NCBI GenBank assembly: GCA_965223665.1
Contig: OZ245011.1
Location: forward strand, 800,001-864,000
Reading direction: 5' to 3'
Origin: Nitrospinaceae bacterium
Lineage (GTDB): Bacteria; Nitrospinota; Nitrospinia; Nitrospinales; Nitrospinaceae
Length of the DNA: 64,000 nucleotides
In this document: positions 60,455-64,000 of the stretch, piece after piece
How the letters are laid out: each line of letters starts with the position of its first letter
Numbering within the stretch: the stretch's first letter is position 1
Position numbers and translations under genes: made by a program
Notes under the pieces: generated by a model
Told to the model about the DNA's origin: nothing
The model's database searches: none
What the model saw: only the letters and a program-made list of their open reading frames with translations

Positions 60455-63085
60455 TTATGTGCTCTTTATAAACTCTATTTTATTATCAATTTTTTTCACT
60501 TTAATATGTTCGCCATCCACAAATTCATCTTCCAAAATTTTCATTGAAAGAGGATCTTGTAAATACTTTTGAATTGCCCGTTTTAATGGACGTGCTCCAA
60601 AAACAGGATCAAAGCCCTTTTCTGCCAACAAATCTTTAACTTCATCCTCCAATTCTAACGTCATCCGTCTCTCTGCAAGGCGATTCCTCAAATCTCTTAA
60701 TTGAATATCTACAATTTCCTTAATTTGGATTTTGGTTAAACTTCTAAAAATAATTACATCATCTATACGATTCAAAAATTCTGGTCGAAAATGATTTCGG
60801 AGTTCTTGGCGCACTGCTTCTTGAATTCGATCGTAATTTTGATCCATCATTTCTTCATCAGCATTGGTTAATTCACTAATTTGAAGACCAGCTTCCTGAA
60901 TCAATTTACCCGCAATATTAGAAGTCATTAATATTACGGTGTTTTTAAAATCTACCGTTTTACCATGTCCGTCCGTCAATCGACCTTCATCCAAAATTTG
61001 CAAAAATAAATTGAATACATCTCCGTGAGCTTTTTCAATTTCGTCAAACAGGATTACAGAATATGGGCGACGGCGAATATGCTCGGTTAAATATCCACCC
61101 TCCTCATATCCCACATAACCTGGGGGAGCGCCAATTAAACGTGCCACAGAGTGCTTCTCCATAAACTCTGACATATCGAGTCTCACCATGGCTTGTGTAT
61201 CATCAAAAAGAAACTCGGCTAATGAACGAGCTAATTGCGTTTTACCCACTCCTGTAGGACCAAGAAATAAAAAACTTCCTATTGGACGATTTGGATCTTG
61301 CAGACCAGCGCGTGCCCTTCGAATCGCATTGGATACCAATTCAACCGCTTCATCCTGACCCACTACCTGTTCTTTAATTTTTTCTTCCATGGATACTAAC
61401 CGCTTCTTCTCAGACTGAAGCATTTTCTCTACAGGGATTCCAGTCCATCGTGACAAAATGGTTGAGATTTCTTCCTCACCCACTTCCTCATTTAGCATTT
61501 TTTTATGGGTCTGCACTTTAGTCAGATGCTTTTGTAAATCTTCCAATTCTTGAGTTAAACGCGGAAGAGTTCCATACTTTAACTCTGCAGCTTGCTCTAA
61601 TTGCCCTTCCCTCTCTGCCTTAACTGATTCTCGACGGGCCTGCTCAATTTTTTCTTTTAAACTACGTTTTTCAGAGATTACCTTTTTCTCGTTTTCCCAT
61701 TGGCTCTTCATTGAATCACAGGAAGATTTTAATTCTAGTATTTCCTTATCAATATTAGAAAGACGTATTTGTGATTCTTTATCAGATTCTCTCTTAAGCG
61801 CTTCACGCTCAATTTCAAGTTGGGTAATTTTTCTTTGGTATTCGTCAATTTCTGCTGGAAGTGAATCGATTTGCATTCGTAAACTTGAGGCCGCCTCATC
61901 GATTAGATCAATGGCTTTGTCAGGTAAAAACCTATCAGATATATATCGACTGGAAAGTTTAGCTGCAGCTAGAATTGCCGCATCCTGAATTCGAACCCCA
62001 TGATGAATTTCATATTTCTCTTTTAAACCTCGAAGAATTGACACTGTATCTTCCACTGTAGGTTCCCCCACACGCACAGGCTGAAATCGACGTTCTAGTG
62101 CAGCATCTTTTTCAACGTATTTTCGGTACTCATTCAAAGTGGTAGCACCCACACAATGCAATTCACCCCTTGCCAAAGCCGGTTTTAACATATTTGAGGC
62201 ATCCATAGATCCCTCTGTTGAGCCTGCCCCAACCAACGTATGTAATTCATCAATGAAAAGAATAAATTTCCCTTCGCTGCGGTTTATTTCTTTTAATACC
62301 GCTTTCAATCTATCTTCAAATTCACCTCTATATTTCGTTCCAGCAACCAAAGCCGCCAAATCTAAAGCAATTATGCTTTTATCTTTCAATCCTTCAGGAA
62401 CGTCACCATGAACCATTCGCTGGGCCAAACCTTCAACAATAGCTGTTTTACCCACACCGGGCTCACCAATTAAAACCGGATTATTTTTTGTCCGCCGGGA
62501 TAATACTTGAATGACTCTACGAATCTCAGTGTCTCGACCAATAACAGGATCTATTTTTCCAGACCTGGCTTTTTCGGTAACGTCAATACAATATTTATCC
62601 AGGACTTGATATTTACTTTCTGGATTTTGGTCTGTCACTCTTTGACTGCCTCTAACCGCCACCAGTGCTTTCAACAAATTTTCACGCTTAATGTTATAAG
62701 ACTTTAAAATTTTTCCTGCTGACGTATTTTGATCCTGAGAAATGGCTAAAAGAATGTGTTCACCATTAACAAATTCATCTTTAATTTGTTGAGCTTCCTT
62801 AAAAGCAAGATCTATTACTTTTTTTAATTCACTTGAAATATGAACTTGGAAATTACTACTTTCGACTTTTGGAAAGGTCTCTATTTTTTCTTTTAGATCG
62901 TTTATTATGAGATTTGGATCAGAACCTACTTTTTTTATTAGAGCAGGAACAATCCCTTCCCCATCTTTAATTAAAGAAAAAAGAAGATGATCGCACTCCA
63001 TACCTTGATGGTTTTTTTCTTCACAAAATGATTGAGCTGCTGCCAATGCTTCTTGAAGTTTTATGGTAAGACGATCAAATCTCAT
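60455..63085 (-). CDS. clpB: ATP-dependent chaperone ClpB
   Basis: GEPGVGKT and [11 protein letters not shown] modules, M-domain [16 protein letters not shown]. Confidence 0.98.
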   Translation of the reverse strand: MRFDRLTIKLQEALAAAQSFCEEKNHQGMECDHLLFSLIKDGEGIVPALIKKVGSDPNLIINDLKEKIETFPKVESSNFQVHISSELKKVIDLAFKEAQQIKDEFVNGEHILLAISQDQNTSAGKILKSYNIKRENLLKALVAVRGSQRVTDQNPESKYQVLDKYCIDVTEKARSGKIDPVIGRDTEIRRVIQVLSRRTKNNPVLIGEPGVGKTAIVEGLAQRMVHGDVPEGLKDKSIIALDLAALVAGTKYRGEFEDRLKAVLKEINRSEGKFILFIDELHTLVGAGSTEGSMDASNMLKPALARGELHCVGATTLNEYRKYVEKDAALERRFQPVRVGEPTVEDTVSILRGLKEKYEIHHGVRIQDAAILAAAKLSSRYISDRFLPDKAIDLIDEAASSLRMQIDSLPAEIDEYQRKITQLEIEREALKRESDKESQIRLSNIDKEILELKSSCDSMKSQWENEKKVISEKRSLKEKIEQARRESVKAEREGQLEQAAELKYGTLPRLTQELEDLQKHLTKVQTHKKMLNEEVGEEEISTILSRWTGIPVEKMLQSEKKRLVSMEEKIKEQVVGQDEAVELVSNAIRRARAGLQDPNRPIGSFLFLGPTGVGKTQLARSLAEFLFDDTQAMVRLDMSEFMEKHSVARLIGAPPGYVGYEEGGYLTEHIRRRPYSVILFDEIEKAHGDVFNLFLQILDEGRLTDGHGKTVDFKNTVILMTSNIAGKLIQEAGLQISELTNADEEMMDQNYDRIQEAVRQELRNHFRPEFLNRIDDVIIFRSLTKIQIKEIVDIQLRDLRNRLAERRMTLELEDEVKDLLAEKGFDPVFGARPLKRAIQKYLQDPLSMKILEDEFVDGEHIKVKKIDNKIEFIKST

Positions 63086-63133
63086 AATAATTCCCCCAAA
63101 TCAAAGTTTCATTTACACCTAAATTAGATAAAA

Positions 63134-63154
63134 CTTGAATAGGCCTGAGTCAAG
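63134..63154. promoter_or_regulatory. HAIR-like inverted repeat (possible HspR operator) upstream of clpB
   Basis: CTTGAAT-N7-AGTCAAG versus HAIR consensus CTTGAGT-N7-ACTCAAG (12/14). Confidence 0.55.
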
Positions 63155-63199
63155 GCAAGGGAAAAATTATTTTTAGAAAAAAAGGAAGGAAGGGATAAA

Positions 63200-64000
63200 T
63201 CAAGCTAAACCTTTTTCACTTAACCAACGTTCTGCTTCTAAAGCAGCGGCACATCCGGTCCCGGCAGCTGTTACGGCCTGCCTATATTTATGATCATGAA
63301 CATCTCCGGCCGCAAAAATGCCTTCAACATTAGTTTCTTGTGTACCCGGTTTTACAATAATATATCCATTATCATCTAAATCTATTTGGTCTTTGAAAGG
63401 TTGGGTGTTAGGAGTGTGACCAATAGCATAAAAAATACCGGCAACATTAATTTCGTTAGATTCATTTGATTTGATATTTTTAATTCGAGCTCCGGTAACA
63501 AATTCGTCCCCTATGGCATCCTCTAAAATAGAATCCCAGAGAATTTCTATTTTTTTATTATCAAAAGCACGTTGTTGCATAATTTTGGATGCTCGCAATT
63601 CATCTCGCCGGTGAACCAAATAAACCACTGTCCCAAATTTAGAGAGATAAGAAGCTTCTTCCACAGCGGTGTCTCCACCTCCAATTACCATCAAAGGTTG
63701 ATTTCGAAAAAAGGGTAATGCTCCATCACAAACCGCACAGGCAGACATTCCATTATTCCAGAGCTTTTCTTCACTGGGAACTCCCATTCGTCTTGCAGTA
63801 GCACCTGTGGCTATAATTATTGATTCGCCATAAACCTCAGTTTTATCACCTTTAATTCGAAAGGGACGTTTTTTAAAATCTACTTCATGAACATCCTCTT
63901 GAACCATTTGAGTACCAAATCGTTCTGCTTGTTTGCGAAATAATTGCATCAATTCAGGACCACTGACACCCTCAGGAAATCCAGGATAGTTCTCAACATC
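63200..64000 (-). CDS. trxB: Thioredoxin reductase; 5' end outside the window
   Basis: Frame open to the window edge (DVENYPGFPEGVSGPELMQ...); CAVCDG, GGGDTAVEEA, HRRD, AAGDV, YRQAVTAAG. Confidence 0.96.
   Translation of the reverse strand, partial: DVENYPGFPEGVSGPELMQLFRKQAERFGTQMVQEDVHEVDFKKRPFRIKGDKTEVYGESIIIATGATARRMGVPSEEKLWNNGMSACAVCDGALPFFRNQPLMVIGGGDTAVEEASYLSKFGTVVYLVHRRDELRASKIMQQRAFDNKKIEILWDSILEDAIGDEFVTGARIKNIKSNESNEINVAGIFYAIGHTPNTQPFKDQIDLDDNGYIIVKPGTQETNVEGIFAAGDVHDHKYRQAVTAAGTGCAAALEAERWLSEKGLA

Overview
AT-rich, gene-dense core-chromosome segment of a diderm bacterium. Gene content (b6f-like split Rieske/cytochrome b complex with a multiheme c subunit, USP-PCP_red protein, SmbP-like His-rich protein, moaCDE) suggests a Nitrospina-like nitrite oxidiser; that placement is inference. 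I found no mobile element, CRISPR array or rRNA, and one tRNA-Leu(GAG). Housekeeping genes: secG, tpiA, gap, pdxJ, folP, ftsH, tilS, two PPIases, mfd (frameshifted), aguB/aguA, ahcY, msbA, aldolase, aas, moaCDE, addB/addA, clpB, trxB. Most notable: (1) a cytochrome c with at least 8 hemes, missing from the ORF track (1-2387, minus), in a Rieske/cyt b6/subunit IV operon with a heme ci Cys and an APWY Qo motif; (2) directly upstream of that operon, a lipoamide-dehydrogenase-like flavoprotein lacking all disulfide-redox residues; (3) an isolated sigma54-driven flgB-fliE unit without flgC/fliF, divergent from a multi-GAF sigma54 activator; (4) an msbA-oleA-oleB operon without oleC/oleD; (5) a tandem-USP / 3x PCP_red / CxxC-ribbon protein; (6) a HAIR-like operator at clpB.
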